Assembly (NCBI GenBank): GCA_036676395.1
Contig: JAKFCY010000002.1
Coordinates: forward strand, 1,600,001 to 1,664,000
Reading direction: 5' to 3'
Origin: Bdellovibrio sp.
Lineage (GTDB): Bacteria; Bdellovibrionota; Bdellovibrionia; Bdellovibrionales; Bdellovibrionaceae
DNA length: 64,000 nt
This document shows positions 37,989 to 48,481 of the stretch, piece by piece. The position numbers were made by a program, and so were the translations under genes. Under the pieces are notes generated by a model. It was not told the DNA's origin, ran no database searches, and saw nothing but the letters and a program-made list of their open reading frames with translations. Each line of letters starts with the position of its first letter. Position 1 is the first letter of the stretch.

Positions 37989-39542
37989 ATGTCGAAGATT
38001 TTTAAAGATATTAAACTCAAAATTGATGATGATTTAGAAGCACATCTTGAATGGCTCATGCCTAAGCATGGCGAATTTCGCATCTTACGCAAATCTGTCG
38101 ACGCGCGCCAAAAACACTCTCCCCACTTTGTTTACACCATTGAAGTCGCTGAAGAGGGCGAAACGTTATCTTTAGAAAAATTTGAATTAGAAAAAATCAA
38201 TTCTGAGAAAAAATTCGACCGCCCGATCGTTGTCGGCACCGGCCCGGCTGGGTTATTTGCTGCCATTCGTTTAGTTGAACGCGGAATTCCGTGTTTGTTA
38301 TTTGAACGTGGGTCTGAATCTGCAGAGCGCATCAAAGGGATTAATAAGTACTGGCGCTACGGCCAATTAGACCCAAAAAATAATGTTTGTTACGGTGAAG
38401 GTGGCGCAGGTTTATATTCTGACGGAAAACTAATTACGCGCATTAAGTCTCCGCATATTCCTTATGTGTTAAACCGTCTGGTGCAATTCGGCGCCCCTGC
38501 TGAAATTCAGTGGTTATCAAATCCGCACGTAGGTTCTGATAAAATTCGCCGTGTGATTCCGAAAGTTCGTGATTTTTTACGCGCGAATGGCTGCGAAATT
38601 CATTTTGATTCTAAAGTTGAAAAATTAATTTACGGCGAAAAATCAATTCAAGGTGTTGTCATTGATGATGGTTCTGGAAAATTAACAGAGTACAAATCAG
38701 ATAATGTGATTTTAGCCACCGGCCATTCGGCTGAAGACATGCTTTATCACCTATTAGAATCAGGTGTGCATATCGAAGGTAAATCTTTTGCGATGGGTTT
38801 ACGTATTGAACATCCGCAAAAATTAATTAATGAAATTCAATTTCGTCAATTTTCAGAACACCCAAAATTGGGATCTGCGAATTACAAGTTAGTTCATCAC
38901 GATGACAAAACCGGAATCGGTGTTTACAGCTTTTGTATGTGTCCAGGCGGATACGTTTTATCAAGCGGTACGGAAAAAGACGGCGTAGTTTGTAACGGCA
39001 TGAGTAATTTTAATCGCAACTCTGAATTTGCCAATGCGGCAATCGTGGTCAGCATTCAGCATGAAACATTATTTGGTAATGATTTACTTGGTGGCATGAA
39101 AATGCGTCGCCAGCTAGAGACCCAAGCTTTTCAAGCAATTCAAGACAAAAAAGGCACTAAAGAATTACCGGCACAAAATTTAGTATCGTTTTTAAATAGA
39201 TCAAATAAAAATGAATTACGTAAAACATCTTCACCATCTGGAGTATTACCGATTCGTTTAGACGAACTACTTCCAAAATTTATGTATCAAAAAATCGCTG
39301 AAGGTTTAAATAACTTTAATAGCAATATGCGTGGATTTATCTCTGAACATTCACAGCTTTATGGCGTTGAATCACGCACCTCTTGCCCACTGCGCGTAAC
39401 CCGCAATGATGACTCATTAGAAAGTCTTTCGCACAAAGGTTTATACCCTTGCGGCGAAGGTGCTGGCTACGCTGGTGGAATCACTTCAGCCGCAGTCGAT
39501 GGCATTCGCTGCGCTGATAAAATCTTTGAAAAACTTAAGTAA
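37989..39542 (+). CDS. NAD(P)/FAD-dependent oxidoreductase (uncharacterised family)
   Basis: GTGPAG, GEGGAGLYSDGKL, SFCMCPGG and GEGAGYAGGITSAAVDG. Confidence 0.9.
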   Translation: MSKIFKDIKLKIDDDLEAHLEWLMPKHGEFRILRKSVDARQKHSPHFVYTIEVAEEGETLSLEKFELEKINSEKKFDRPIVVGTGPAGLFAAIRLVERGIPCLLFERGSESAERIKGINKYWRYGQLDPKNNVCYGEGGAGLYSDGKLITRIKSPHIPYVLNRLVQFGAPAEIQWLSNPHVGSDKIRRVIPKVRDFLRANGCEIHFDSKVEKLIYGEKSIQGVVIDDGSGKLTEYKSDNVILATGHSAEDMLYHLLESGVHIEGKSFAMGLRIEHPQKLINEIQFRQFSEHPKLGSANYKLVHHDDKTGIGVYSFCMCPGGYVLSSGTEKDGVVCNGMSNFNRNSEFANAAIVVSIQHETLFGNDLLGGMKMRRQLETQAFQAIQDKKGTKELPAQNLVSFLNRSNKNELRKTSSPSGVLPIRLDELLPKFMYQKIAEGLNNFNSNMRGFISEHSQLYGVESRTSCPLRVTRNDDSLESLSHKGLYPCGEGAGYAGGITSAAVDGIRCADKIFEKLK

Positions 39543-39585
39543 TTTAGGCTCGCTTAAACGAAGCTATGCTTCGATCAGTGAAAAA

Positions 39586-39903
39586 TTACTGGTAACAAGA
39601 CACATAAGCTTCAGCCTGCACAGTGCATGTGTTATTTACCGTTTCAGTTCTAACGTTCCATTTCGAACGCAAAAAATAACCTGATCGGCAGAGGCTTTGA
39701 GCGTAGTTAGATGCTGCATGGATTGCGGCCTTTTCGCCTACTTGCGGATCTTCTGGTGTGCATTCTGCCGAATCAAAAGCGCGATGAATACCGCAACCAT
39801 CCACGCAGCCATTATGCGGATTACACGAATCCACTGGGCATAAGATAGCTGAAAATGCTGAAGCAGAAATTAATAACGTTGATACAAATAAAGTAAGTTT
39901 CAT
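39586..39903 (-). CDS. Small secreted Cys-rich protein
   Basis: AGGAGA RBS, signal peptide, 8 Cys in the mature part. Confidence 0.75.
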   Translation of the reverse strand: MKLTLFVSTLLISASAFSAILCPVDSCNPHNGCVDGCGIHRAFDSAECTPEDPQVGEKAAIHAASNYAQSLCRSGYFLRSKWNVRTETVNNTCTVQAEAYVSCYQ

Positions 39904-39969
39904 AAGAGTTCTCCTTGATGGAGTTACTAAAACGCAGTTGACCCAATTTGTATAAAACTATATATAAAA

Positions 39970-39984
39970 GGTCAATAATTGACC
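39970..39984. promoter_or_regulatory. Palindromic operator candidate
   Basis: GGTCAA-TAA-TTGACC, with a further TTGACCC half-site at 39938-39944, between divergent genes. Confidence 0.6.
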
Positions 39985-40005
39985 CGAAAAGTAGGAAATT
40001 AGGCT

Positions 40006-40746
40006 ATGGATTACGAATGTAAGAAAATTCAGAAAACATTAAAGACCATCATGAAGTCTAAAAAAGCCACTTACGAGAGCCTGGCTAAAGCGTTGAAAAC
40101 TTCTCCGGCTACAATCAAGCGCAGGCTAAACGGTGATGATTTAACTTTAAAACAAGTCAAAGACTTAGCAAGCACGCTTTCAGTTTCTTTTTATGAAATT
40201 ATTGAATTATCAAAAATTGCAAAACGTGAACCGCATCTATTTACTGTCGAGCAAGAAAAGCTTCTATCTTCAGATTTTAAAATCAAAATGTTATTTCGCC
40301 AAATTTTATCAGGTACAAGTTTTTCTGATATTAAAACCATTTTAAAGATTTCAGAAAAAGAATTACGCTCTTACGCGCGTGATTTAGAAAAAGTAGGTTT
40401 AGCGCAATTACTGCCCGGCGATCGTTTTCTATTGCTCGTGCACTACCCATTTCGCTGGCAACCCAACGGAGCTCTTCATAAAACTTACGGTGATATGGTT
40501 TTAAAAAATATTTTTAACCGCATCGAAACTGATAAGGGCGAATCTGGCTTACATAAAAAGTTTGAACTGATTCTAAACGATGAAGCCTATAGTAAATTCT
40601 GCGAAGAAATTCAAAGCGTCTATGGCAAGTATTTAAGCCTATCTGAAATCCATATGGAAACGCGGCCTGATTTAAGCCGCGTTGTCTCGGGAATATTTTT
40701 TATTGATCGTTTTTCGGTCTGGGAAGACTCGAAAAACCGCCTATAG
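40006..40746 (+). CDS. XRE-family HTH transcriptional regulator
   Basis: N-terminal TYESLAKALKTSPATIKRRL and a second helical/HTH region. Confidence 0.85.
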   Translation: MDYECKKIQKTLKTIMKSKKATYESLAKALKTSPATIKRRLNGDDLTLKQVKDLASTLSVSFYEIIELSKIAKREPHLFTVEQEKLLSSDFKIKMLFRQILSGTSFSDIKTILKISEKELRSYARDLEKVGLAQLLPGDRFLLLVHYPFRWQPNGALHKTYGDMVLKNIFNRIETDKGESGLHKKFELILNDEAYSKFCEEIQSVYGKYLSLSEIHMETRPDLSRVVSGIFFIDRFSVWEDSKNRL

Positions 40747-43700
40747 ATTACGACGGTACTGCCCGCCGACTTCGTATAGGGCTTGTGACATTTGATATAA
40801 CGTACAGTATCTTGCCGCACTCATTAGCGCTTGAAAGATATTCGCACCGCTTAGACAAGCTTCTTTAAGTTTTTTAATCTCAATTTCTGCTTGCACGTGG
40901 TTGGCTTTTTGTACGGTCTCAATTTGTTTTAATTGATAATTTTTTTCTTCTGTTGAAGCACGCGCTAATTCAATTTTTGGTGGTTCATAACCTTTTTCTA
41001 AAGTTTTTGGATCAATAAAGGTATTTACTCCAATAATTGGCAATTCTCCAGAATGTTTAAGATGTTCGTAGTACATCGACTCTTCTTGAATTTTTGAGCG
41101 TTGATACTGAGTCTCCATCGCACCTAATACACCGCCACGCTCGCTGATGCGCTTAAATTCAGCAAGCACTGCTTCTTCAACAAGATCAGTTAATTCTTCG
41201 ACGAAGTAACTGCCTTGGTTTTGGTTTTCATTTTTAGATGCCCCGAATTCACGGTTGATGATCATTTGAATGGCCATTGCACGGCGAACTGATTCTTGAG
41301 TTGGCGTTGTGATGGCTTCATCGTAAGCATTCGTGTGTAACGAATTGCAGTTATCATTTAGGGCGATTAACGCTTGCAGCGTAGTACGAATATCATTGAA
41401 ATCGATTTCTTGCGCGTGCAATGAGCGGCCTGAAGTTTGAATATGGTATTTTAACTTTTGTGAACGATCGTTACCTTTGTAAAGATCACGCATCGCTACT
41501 GCCCAAATACGGCGAGCCACGCGGCCTAACACTGTGTATTCAGGATCTAAACCATTTGAAAAGAAAAAACTTAAATTCGGTGCGAAATCATCGATCTTCA
41601 TACCGCGAGACAAATAGTACTCAACAAAAGTAAAACCGTTTGAAAGTGTAAATGCCAATTGTGAAATCGGATTCGCACCCGCTTCAGCAATATGGTATCC
41701 AGAAATTGAAACTGAATAGAAGTTGCGAATATTTTTATCAATAAAGAATTGCTGAATATCGCCCATCATTTTAAGCGCGAAGTTAATCGAGAAAATACAC
41801 GTATTCTGACCCTGATCTTCTTTTAAAATATCAGCCTGAACCGTACCACGCACCTGCGACATCGTTGCTGTTGCCAGTTGCTGCCATTCTGTATCTGAAA
41901 GTTTACGACCAAGTTCAGTTTCTTTTTTAGCCACTTGCTGATCAATGGCTGTATTAAAGTAAAATGCTAAGATCATTGGAGCAGGGCCATTGATCGTCAT
42001 TGATACAGATGTATTAAGATTTACTAAATCAAAACCATCATAAAGCTTTTTCATGTCATCAAGACAACAAATGCTAACACCTGATTCACCCACTTTACCG
42101 TAGATATCCGGACGTAAATCAGGATCTTGACCGTAAAGAGTTACTGAATCAAATGCTGTTGATAAACGATGAGCTTTTTCGCCTTTACAAAGGTAATGAA
42201 AACGACGATTAGTGCGTTCTGGCGTGCCTTCGCCGGCAAACATACGTTTAGGATCTTCATCGGCACGTTTTAATTGAAATACGCCTGCCGTGTATGGAAA
42301 TTCTCCGGCAACGTTTTCCATTTTTAAAAAAGTAAAACGATCGCCCCAGTCTTTTAAAGTAGGTAAAACGATTTTACGAATTTTTGTGCCGCTTAATGAT
42401 TTAGTCACAAGCGATTGGCGAATTTCTTTATCACGCACTTTAAAGATTAATTCATCTTGGGCATAGATACGTTTTAATTCATCCCATTTTTCTAAAGACT
42501 GTAATTCTTCAGTGGTAAAACCTTCTGAGAATTCATTACGTTTTTTAGTCACAACTTCTGGAGTCAGGCCCAGATCAGTTTTTAAATTCTCTAAAGCTCC
42601 AAGTTTTGAAGCTTTCTCAGATAAAGTTTTAACGCGGTCTTTGTACTTATGTACACTTGATACGATTTCAGCCAGATAGTTTTGGCGATCTGGTGGAATC
42701 ACCGTGTGTTCATCAGCAGATAATACCGTGTCACGGTAAGCCTTAGGAACTTCAGGTAGTGATTTTAATTCATGTAATTTATCTGCAACCGAGAAAAATA
42801 AATTATTAACCCCACCATCATTAAACTGCGAAGCTTGGGTTAAGAATACCGGAACCGAAATTTTATCATCCCAGATTTTACGAGAGCGTTTATATTGTTT
42901 TGTTACATCGCGAACCGCATCAAGGGCCCCGCGGCGATCAGCCTTATTCACAGCTACGAAATCAGCAAAATCGATCATGTCGATTTTTTCTAGTTGTGAT
43001 TGTGCCCCGAAATCAGAAGTCATCACATACATTGATAAATCTGACACATCAGTGATTGCCATGTTACCCTGACCGATACCTGAAGTTTCTGCGATAATAA
43101 AATCAAAATCGCATTGCTTTAAGAAATTTAAAATATCTGGCAATGAACTTGCGATCTCTTTACCAGATCCACGCGAGGCCACAGAACGCATAAAAATATG
43201 CGGGCGCGATAACGAGTTCATACGAATACGATCGCCTAATAGCGATCCGCCCGTTTTACGTTTCGATGGATCGACACACACGATTGCGATCTTTTGTTCA
43301 GGGTAAGCATTTAAAAAACGTTGCGATAATTCATCGATCAACGACGACTTACCGGCCCCACCTGTTCCTGTGATACCCAAAATTTTGGGTGCGGCACCTT
43401 TGCGGATAAAATTCTTTAAACCAAAGTCTTCAGGCTTAACGCCTTTTTGCCCGTTTTCAATGGCTGTTAGCGCAATGCCAATTTCAGTTGAAGGAATATT
43501 ATCGCCAGCGAAAACATTTTTAGATTCTGTCGATAATTTTGAAGGCATTGCAAAGTCACAGCCTTCAACGATCATTTTAATCATGCCTTCTAAACCAAGT
43601 CTTCGGCCATCATCAGGATGAAAAATTTGCGAGATGCCATAAGCTTCTAGTTCACGTTTTTCATCATAGACGATAACGCCACCACCACCGCCGTAAATTT

Positions 43701-43965
43701 TTACATGCGCAGCACCTGCCTGGTTTAATAAATCACGTAGGTATTTAAAGTATTCCATGTGACCGCCCTGATACGAGCTAATACACACGCCTTGTGCGCC
43801 TTCTTGCAGAACCGCTTTAACAACGTCATTCACTGAACGGTTATGACCTAAATGAATAACTTCAGCCCCGAATTCCTGAAGCATACGGCGAATGATATTG
43901 ATCGATGCATCGTGGCCGTCAAAAAGTGAAGCTGCAGTTACAATACGCACAGGATTTTTTGTCAT
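40741..43965 (-). CDS. icmF: Fused isobutyryl-CoA mutase/GTPase IcmF
   Basis: DGHDASI B12-binding domain, GTGGAGKS MeaB domain, and mutase motifs RMFAGEG and QADILKE. Confidence 0.95.
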   Translation of the reverse strand: MTKNPVRIVTAASLFDGHDASINIIRRMLQEFGAEVIHLGHNRSVNDVVKAVLQEGAQGVCISSYQGGHMEYFKYLRDLLNQAGAAHVKIYGGGGGVIVYDEKRELEAYGISQIFHPDDGRRLGLEGMIKMIVEGCDFAMPSKLSTESKNVFAGDNIPSTEIGIALTAIENGQKGVKPEDFGLKNFIRKGAAPKILGITGTGGAGKSSLIDELSQRFLNAYPEQKIAIVCVDPSKRKTGGSLLGDRIRMNSLSRPHIFMRSVASRGSGKEIASSLPDILNFLKQCDFDFIIAETSGIGQGNMAITDVSDLSMYVMTSDFGAQSQLEKIDMIDFADFVAVNKADRRGALDAVRDVTKQYKRSRKIWDDKISVPVFLTQASQFNDGGVNNLFFSVADKLHELKSLPEVPKAYRDTVLSADEHTVIPPDRQNYLAEIVSSVHKYKDRVKTLSEKASKLGALENLKTDLGLTPEVVTKKRNEFSEGFTTEELQSLEKWDELKRIYAQDELIFKVRDKEIRQSLVTKSLSGTKIRKIVLPTLKDWGDRFTFLKMENVAGEFPYTAGVFQLKRADEDPKRMFAGEGTPERTNRRFHYLCKGEKAHRLSTAFDSVTLYGQDPDLRPDIYGKVGESGVSICCLDDMKKLYDGFDLVNLNTSVSMTINGPAPMILAFYFNTAIDQQVAKKETELGRKLSDTEWQQLATATMSQVRGTVQADILKEDQGQNTCIFSINFALKMMGDIQQFFIDKNIRNFYSVSISGYHIAEAGANPISQLAFTLSNGFTFVEYYLSRGMKIDDFAPNLSFFFSNGLDPEYTVLGRVARRIWAVAMRDLYKGNDRSQKLKYHIQTSGRSLHAQEIDFNDIRTTLQALIALNDNCNSLHTNAYDEAITTPTQESVRRAMAIQMIINREFGASKNENQNQGSYFVEELTDLVEEAVLAEFKRISERGGVLGAMETQYQRSKIQEESMYYEHLKHSGELPIIGVNTFIDPKTLEKGYEPPKIELARASTEEKNYQLKQIETVQKANHVQAEIEIKKLKEACLSGANIFQALMSAARYCTLYQMSQALYEVGGQYRRNL

Positions 43966-43970
43966 ATTAT

Positions 43971-44774
43971 TTATATACCTTTAAAAACTGGTTTTCTTTT
44001 TTCTGTGAACGCTTTTGTGCCTTCAGTGGTATCAAACGAACCAAATAGGCCGCCAAACACCTCAGCTTCATTTTTTAATGCGGGTTCTGTTTCTAAATCA
44101 AAAGCCTGGTTGATAGAAAACTTAGCTTTACCAATCGCTAACGGAGACTTTGTTAACATCATTTCGATTTTTTTATTCACCGCGTGCATAAGCTCAGATT
44201 GCGGCACAACTTGCGAAACTAAGCCAAGCTTTAAGGCTTCATCAGCTTTAATCATTTCGCCAGTGAAAGTTAATTCACGAGCTTTACGGATACCTACAGC
44301 GCGAGTTAAACGAACTGTTCCGCCAAAGCCTGGAATTAATCCTAACGATACTTCTGGTAAACCAAATTTTGCGTTGTCACTTGCGATCATAAAATCACAG
44401 CCTAGAGCTAATTCTAAACCGCCACCTAAAGCGAAGCCATTGACAGCTGCGATCACTGGAATTTTTAATAAGTTTAATTCATGAAATACGGCTTGGCCTT
44501 TTTCAGCAAATTTCACCGCTTGGTCGTTTGACATATCAAGCATTTCTTTAATGTCAGCGCCGGCTACGAAAGCTTTTTCTCCAGCTCCTGTGATGACTAA
44601 GACTTTTGCAGTTTCGTAATCAAGTTCTGAAATTTGGCGAAGAGTATCGGCCATTTCGTTTAACACTGTTTGGTTTAACGCGTTTAAACTTTCTGGGCGA
44701 TTGATGGTTAAAATCCAAACGCCGTTATCTTTTTGTTCAAGTTTAATAGTTTGATAATCTAAATTCATATTCAT
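43971..44774 (-). CDS. crt: Enoyl-CoA hydratase (crotonase)
   Basis: AFVAGADI, ALGGGLEL and PEVSLG. Confidence 0.9.
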   Translation of the reverse strand: MNMNLDYQTIKLEQKDNGVWILTINRPESLNALNQTVLNEMADTLRQISELDYETAKVLVITGAGEKAFVAGADIKEMLDMSNDQAVKFAEKGQAVFHELNLLKIPVIAAVNGFALGGGLELALGCDFMIASDNAKFGLPEVSLGLIPGFGGTVRLTRAVGIRKARELTFTGEMIKADEALKLGLVSQVVPQSELMHAVNKKIEMMLTKSPLAIGKAKFSINQAFDLETEPALKNEAEVFGGLFGSFDTTEGTKAFTEKRKPVFKGI

Positions 44775-44782
44775 ATTCCTGC

Positions 44783-45646
44783 TTACTTTGCGTAATTATA
44801 AAAACCGCGACCAGATTTGCGGCCTAACCAGCCAGCCTCTACATATTTTACTAATAATGGGCTTGGGCGATATTTTGAATCACCTAAACCATCATGAAGC
44901 ACGTTCATAATCGCAAGGCATGTGTCTAAACCGATAAAATCAGCTAACGTCAAAGGCCCCATTGGTTGGTTGGTTCCAAGTTTCATCGCATTATCGATAG
45001 ATTCAACTGACGCAATACCTTCATGTAATGTGTAAACCGCTTCGTTGATCATCGGCATTAGAATACGGTTTACGATAAAACCTGGCATATCCTTTACTGA
45101 TTCAACGAAAACTTTTCCAAGTTTTTCTGATAAGGCCTTAGTTGTTGAAAAAGTCTCATCACTTGTTTGTAAACCTTTGATGCCTTCAACTAATTGCATA
45201 AGTGGAACTGGATTCATGAAATGCATTCCCACGACTTTGTCTGGACGCGAAGTGCAGGCCGCAATTTTAGTGATCGAAATCGAAGATGTGTTTGTTGCTA
45301 AGATCGAACCAGCTTTTACTGTTTGATCTAAGTCTTTGAAAATTTTAAGTTTTAAATCAATGTTCTCGGTCGCAGCTTCAACAACGAAATCGCAGTCTTT
45401 AAGATCTGTTAATTGCGTTGTGGCTTTTACTTTTCCAAGTAAGGCTTTTTTAACATCTTCAGTCATCGTGCCTTTTTTGATTAAACGATCACAGCTTCCA
45501 GCGATAGTCGTTAGACCTTTGTCGAGAGCGGCGTTCGAGACATCGAACATCACAACTTCATATCCACAAGCTGCTGCAACTTGTGTAATACCGTTACCCA
45601 TTTGGCCTGCGCCAACAACGCCGATTTTTTTGATGTTTTGAACCAT
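44783..45646 (-). CDS. hbd: 3-hydroxybutyryl-CoA dehydrogenase
   Basis: GAGQMG, TNTSS, GMHFMNP and PMGPL. Confidence 0.93.
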   Translation of the reverse strand: MVQNIKKIGVVGAGQMGNGITQVAAACGYEVVMFDVSNAALDKGLTTIAGSCDRLIKKGTMTEDVKKALLGKVKATTQLTDLKDCDFVVEAATENIDLKLKIFKDLDQTVKAGSILATNTSSISITKIAACTSRPDKVVGMHFMNPVPLMQLVEGIKGLQTSDETFSTTKALSEKLGKVFVESVKDMPGFIVNRILMPMINEAVYTLHEGIASVESIDNAMKLGTNQPMGPLTLADFIGLDTCLAIMNVLHDGLGDSKYRPSPLLVKYVEAGWLGRKSGRGFYNYAK

Positions 45647-45739
45647 GACTTTGCCTCCTAAATAGCTTCGAAAATAAGGCTTAGTTATAGCAAAGAACTG
45701 GTCTTGAATGAAACGACTAAGATCAGTGACAATGGTTAG

Positions 45740-47044
45740 ATGCTGTTTGTCATGCTAGCTTTTAGCGTAATTTTGACTAGTTTTTCTGCTAATTCAGCAG
45801 TGAACGCCGTGGCTACGAAGCAAGCCCCTATTTTAAGCGAACTTTTCGCTGGCCGTAAGACAAAAGAGATCCCCTTTTTTAAGTCAAAAATGAGCATTTT
45901 CCCTTCAGGACATACAAGCCTTGATAAGCTCAATGAGCAATTAATTTCGTCAGAAACCAGCGAAGCTTTTTACTTGGCCAAAGATGAGAAAAAAATTTCG
46001 CCGACACTTGTTCCGCACATCACGGCTTTTCATCTATCACGCGTGTGGATTGAAAAATATAGTAAACGCCGGGTTAAACCTAACAGCAACGCAGACCTTG
46101 CGACCATTTTATTAAACTACGACACTGACCCCTATGACCGTGGTTTAGTCTTAACGTTAAATGACACCAAACTTCGAGTAAGTAGCGATATAAAAGCTGC
46201 GGCTCTAAAAGCTATTCCAAAATTTAATTATTTTATTCCGATTAGTTTTGAAAAGGGTTTTGTTAAAGTTTTATTTAGTGGCCAATTTGGTTTTATCGAC
46301 ATCAATGACTGTATTTCAAAATACGATTTTGCAAAATTTGCTTATTCATTCAAAACAAAAACCAACACTTGGGAAGTCGTCAATCACCGTGAATTCGACA
46401 CATTAATTACAGCTAAAAGCGAAAGTCTGCAGTTAGCAGAAATCAAAGGTTTAGTGGTTGATCAAAAGCTTGCGTTTGCCTTTAAAGACAATGAACATTA
46501 TCCAAAATGGACAAGTTTTAAATTAGTAAAAGAAAAAACCAAACCGTGGCTGCAAAGTGCAATTAAAGGCCATGGATCGATTTGGTGGCAACGCCCCGAC
46601 ACTGAAATTGTCGGTAAAAATACGATTTCTATTGATGATCTGATCAAAAAAGAAATCTACTCAGTTTCATTTCAAACAGATAACCCCAAAAAAGGTTTAG
46701 CTTCTGCCAATGGTGTTTTTATCACTGAAGATGGCCAAAACTGGAACGAGATCGCGCAATTCAAAGACTATTCTGGCCCGGTTTATTATTACAGCAACAC
46801 TCTCATCTATGTTGGAAATTACCGAAGCCTTGATGGCGGTAAAACTTTTGAAAACTATATTCAAGTGGATAAAGTCTCTTCAGCAATTACAAAATCGACT
46901 GGCATTATTCCGAAAAAAATTCAGATCACAAAAATCAAAGTGCAAAAACCGTATAACGTCGTGATCGACGTTCATACAGGCACACGCAAGGTGCGGCTTA
47001 AATCCCCGATCTTCTCGCAGGATTGGACAACTGCTAAGTATTAG
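45740..47044 (+). CDS. Secreted protein with Asp-box (BNR) repeats
   Basis: Signal peptide. ITEDGQNW and YRSLDGGKTF. Confidence 0.6.
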   Translation: MLFVMLAFSVILTSFSANSAVNAVATKQAPILSELFAGRKTKEIPFFKSKMSIFPSGHTSLDKLNEQLISSETSEAFYLAKDEKKISPTLVPHITAFHLSRVWIEKYSKRRVKPNSNADLATILLNYDTDPYDRGLVLTLNDTKLRVSSDIKAAALKAIPKFNYFIPISFEKGFVKVLFSGQFGFIDINDCISKYDFAKFAYSFKTKTNTWEVVNHREFDTLITAKSESLQLAEIKGLVVDQKLAFAFKDNEHYPKWTSFKLVKEKTKPWLQSAIKGHGSIWWQRPDTEIVGKNTISIDDLIKKEIYSVSFQTDNPKKGLASANGVFITEDGQNWNEIAQFKDYSGPVYYYSNTLIYVGNYRSLDGGKTFENYIQVDKVSSAITKSTGIIPKKIQITKIKVQKPYNVVIDVHTGTRKVRLKSPIFSQDWTTAKY

Positions 47045-47069
47045 AGGCTACAACATATAAACGCTAAGC

Positions 47070-48008
47070 TTATACCCCAAAGTGATCAAAAATTCGTAGC
47101 GCTACGACAAATTCTTCCTCTAAATCCAGAGGATCGGCTGGTAAGTAGAATGTATCAGCCTGATCGCCCACCTGAATTTTTTTAAGCTTTTGCTGCCCCG
47201 ATTTCCAGTAAAGATCTTGCCATACAGGGTTTGTCACGCGCACGAAAAGTTCGCTCAAACCTAATGCGCGTTTCACGGCCTTGCGGTTTAAAGCTTTTTG
47301 CCCAGGTAAAACGTAATCAACAGCTGCAGTCACATCGTCGTAGTGCATACCTTCAAGCGCATAGTAAGTGGCAGCCAGGATAGCCAATAAATATTTGCGG
47401 TATTCAGCTCGAGTTTCATTCACTGGGCTATCTTTGGCGCCGGGGTGATAAATCACCTTCATGCGTTCAAAAGCTGTTGAAAGTTTTAAACCCAACTGAT
47501 CACCTAACGCCATATCAAGCGTTACCACCAAGCTTTCGGCAAAGTTTAAATAGCGTTGCACATCTTCTTTTTCTTCAGGTACGGGCGGAAGTTCACGCCA
47601 AATAATACGGTGATTCTGCTCGTGAAAAATTGAAATTTCGGTAAACTGCATCAGCGAATAAATCTGATCGCTCGCACCTTTTACTTGATAGCCAAACTCA
47701 CGCAGCCAGTTTAATTCAGACAAAGCCGGAGTGTATTCAATTTGGTTTTTAAATAAATCGTGTGTGCTTAACCCGCGCATGGTTGAACACATCGTTGGCG
47801 AAAAAACGCCACCTAATTTTAAATAAAGTTTACGGCTTTGACGATACAAAGAACTTAAATTTAACAGCTGCACATCAAACGGAAGTTCGCTGACTACAAG
47901 TTTCGGAAGTTTTTGAATAGTCGGAACTGCAAAAAGGAGGTTCGCATCTGCGATGAAGTTTTTAACTTCTTTTTTTAACTTTTGTTTTGCCGCAGTCTTT
48001 TTAGCCAT
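47070..48008 (-). CDS. Hypothetical protein with HExxH motif
   Basis: IFHEQNHR with a downstream FAESL. Confidence 0.6.
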   Translation of the reverse strand: MAKKTAAKQKLKKEVKNFIADANLLFAVPTIQKLPKLVVSELPFDVQLLNLSSLYRQSRKLYLKLGGVFSPTMCSTMRGLSTHDLFKNQIEYTPALSELNWLREFGYQVKGASDQIYSLMQFTEISIFHEQNHRIIWRELPPVPEEKEDVQRYLNFAESLVVTLDMALGDQLGLKLSTAFERMKVIYHPGAKDSPVNETRAEYRKYLLAILAATYYALEGMHYDDVTAAVDYVLPGQKALNRKAVKRALGLSELFVRVTNPVWQDLYWKSGQQKLKKIQVGDQADTFYLPADPLDLEEEFVVALRIFDHFGV

Positions 48009-48455
48009 TTAGTTATCTTCCACATAAGCTTTTAATTCTTGCAGGTGATCGTTCCAGCCCATTTTAAAATCAAGCATCAGTTGTTTGCTTTGATCTTTAG
48101 AAAACTGATCCCAACCTTCGTGGTTTACTTTCACATCGCAAAAAGCGCCGTCTTTAATAATTTTTATTGTACAAACGGTTACTGTTTTTTGCGGCCAATC
48201 TTGCTCTTTCCAGGTAAATTGAATTTCTTCATTCACTTTAAAACTATTCACGCTACCGGTGGCTAATTGTTTAGTTCGTTTGTTATCTTCCCACGGTTCG
48301 CGAAACACTCCATTTTTTTGTGCCTGCAGACGTACGCCTTCGCCCCACCAGTTTTCAAGCTCATCTGAGTCTGTTAAAGCTTCCCAAATATCTGCAGGAG
48401 AAGCTTTAATTTTAAGGGTTAGTTCGATTTTTAACGGGGTTGTCGCTTGGGTCAC
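48009..48455 (-). CDS. SRPBCC/AHSA1 domain protein
   Basis: IWEALTD..LENWW, FTW, HEGW and GW..HL..LK. Confidence 0.88.
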   Translation of the reverse strand: MTQATTPLKIELTLKIKASPADIWEALTDSDELENWWGEGVRLQAQKNGVFREPWEDNKRTKQLATGSVNSFKVNEEIQFTWKEQDWPQKTVTVCTIKIIKDGAFCDVKVNHEGWDQFSKDQSKQLMLDFKMGWNDHLQELKAYVEDN

Positions 48456-48481
48456 GGGGCATCCTTGTTTAAGGCTAAGTA

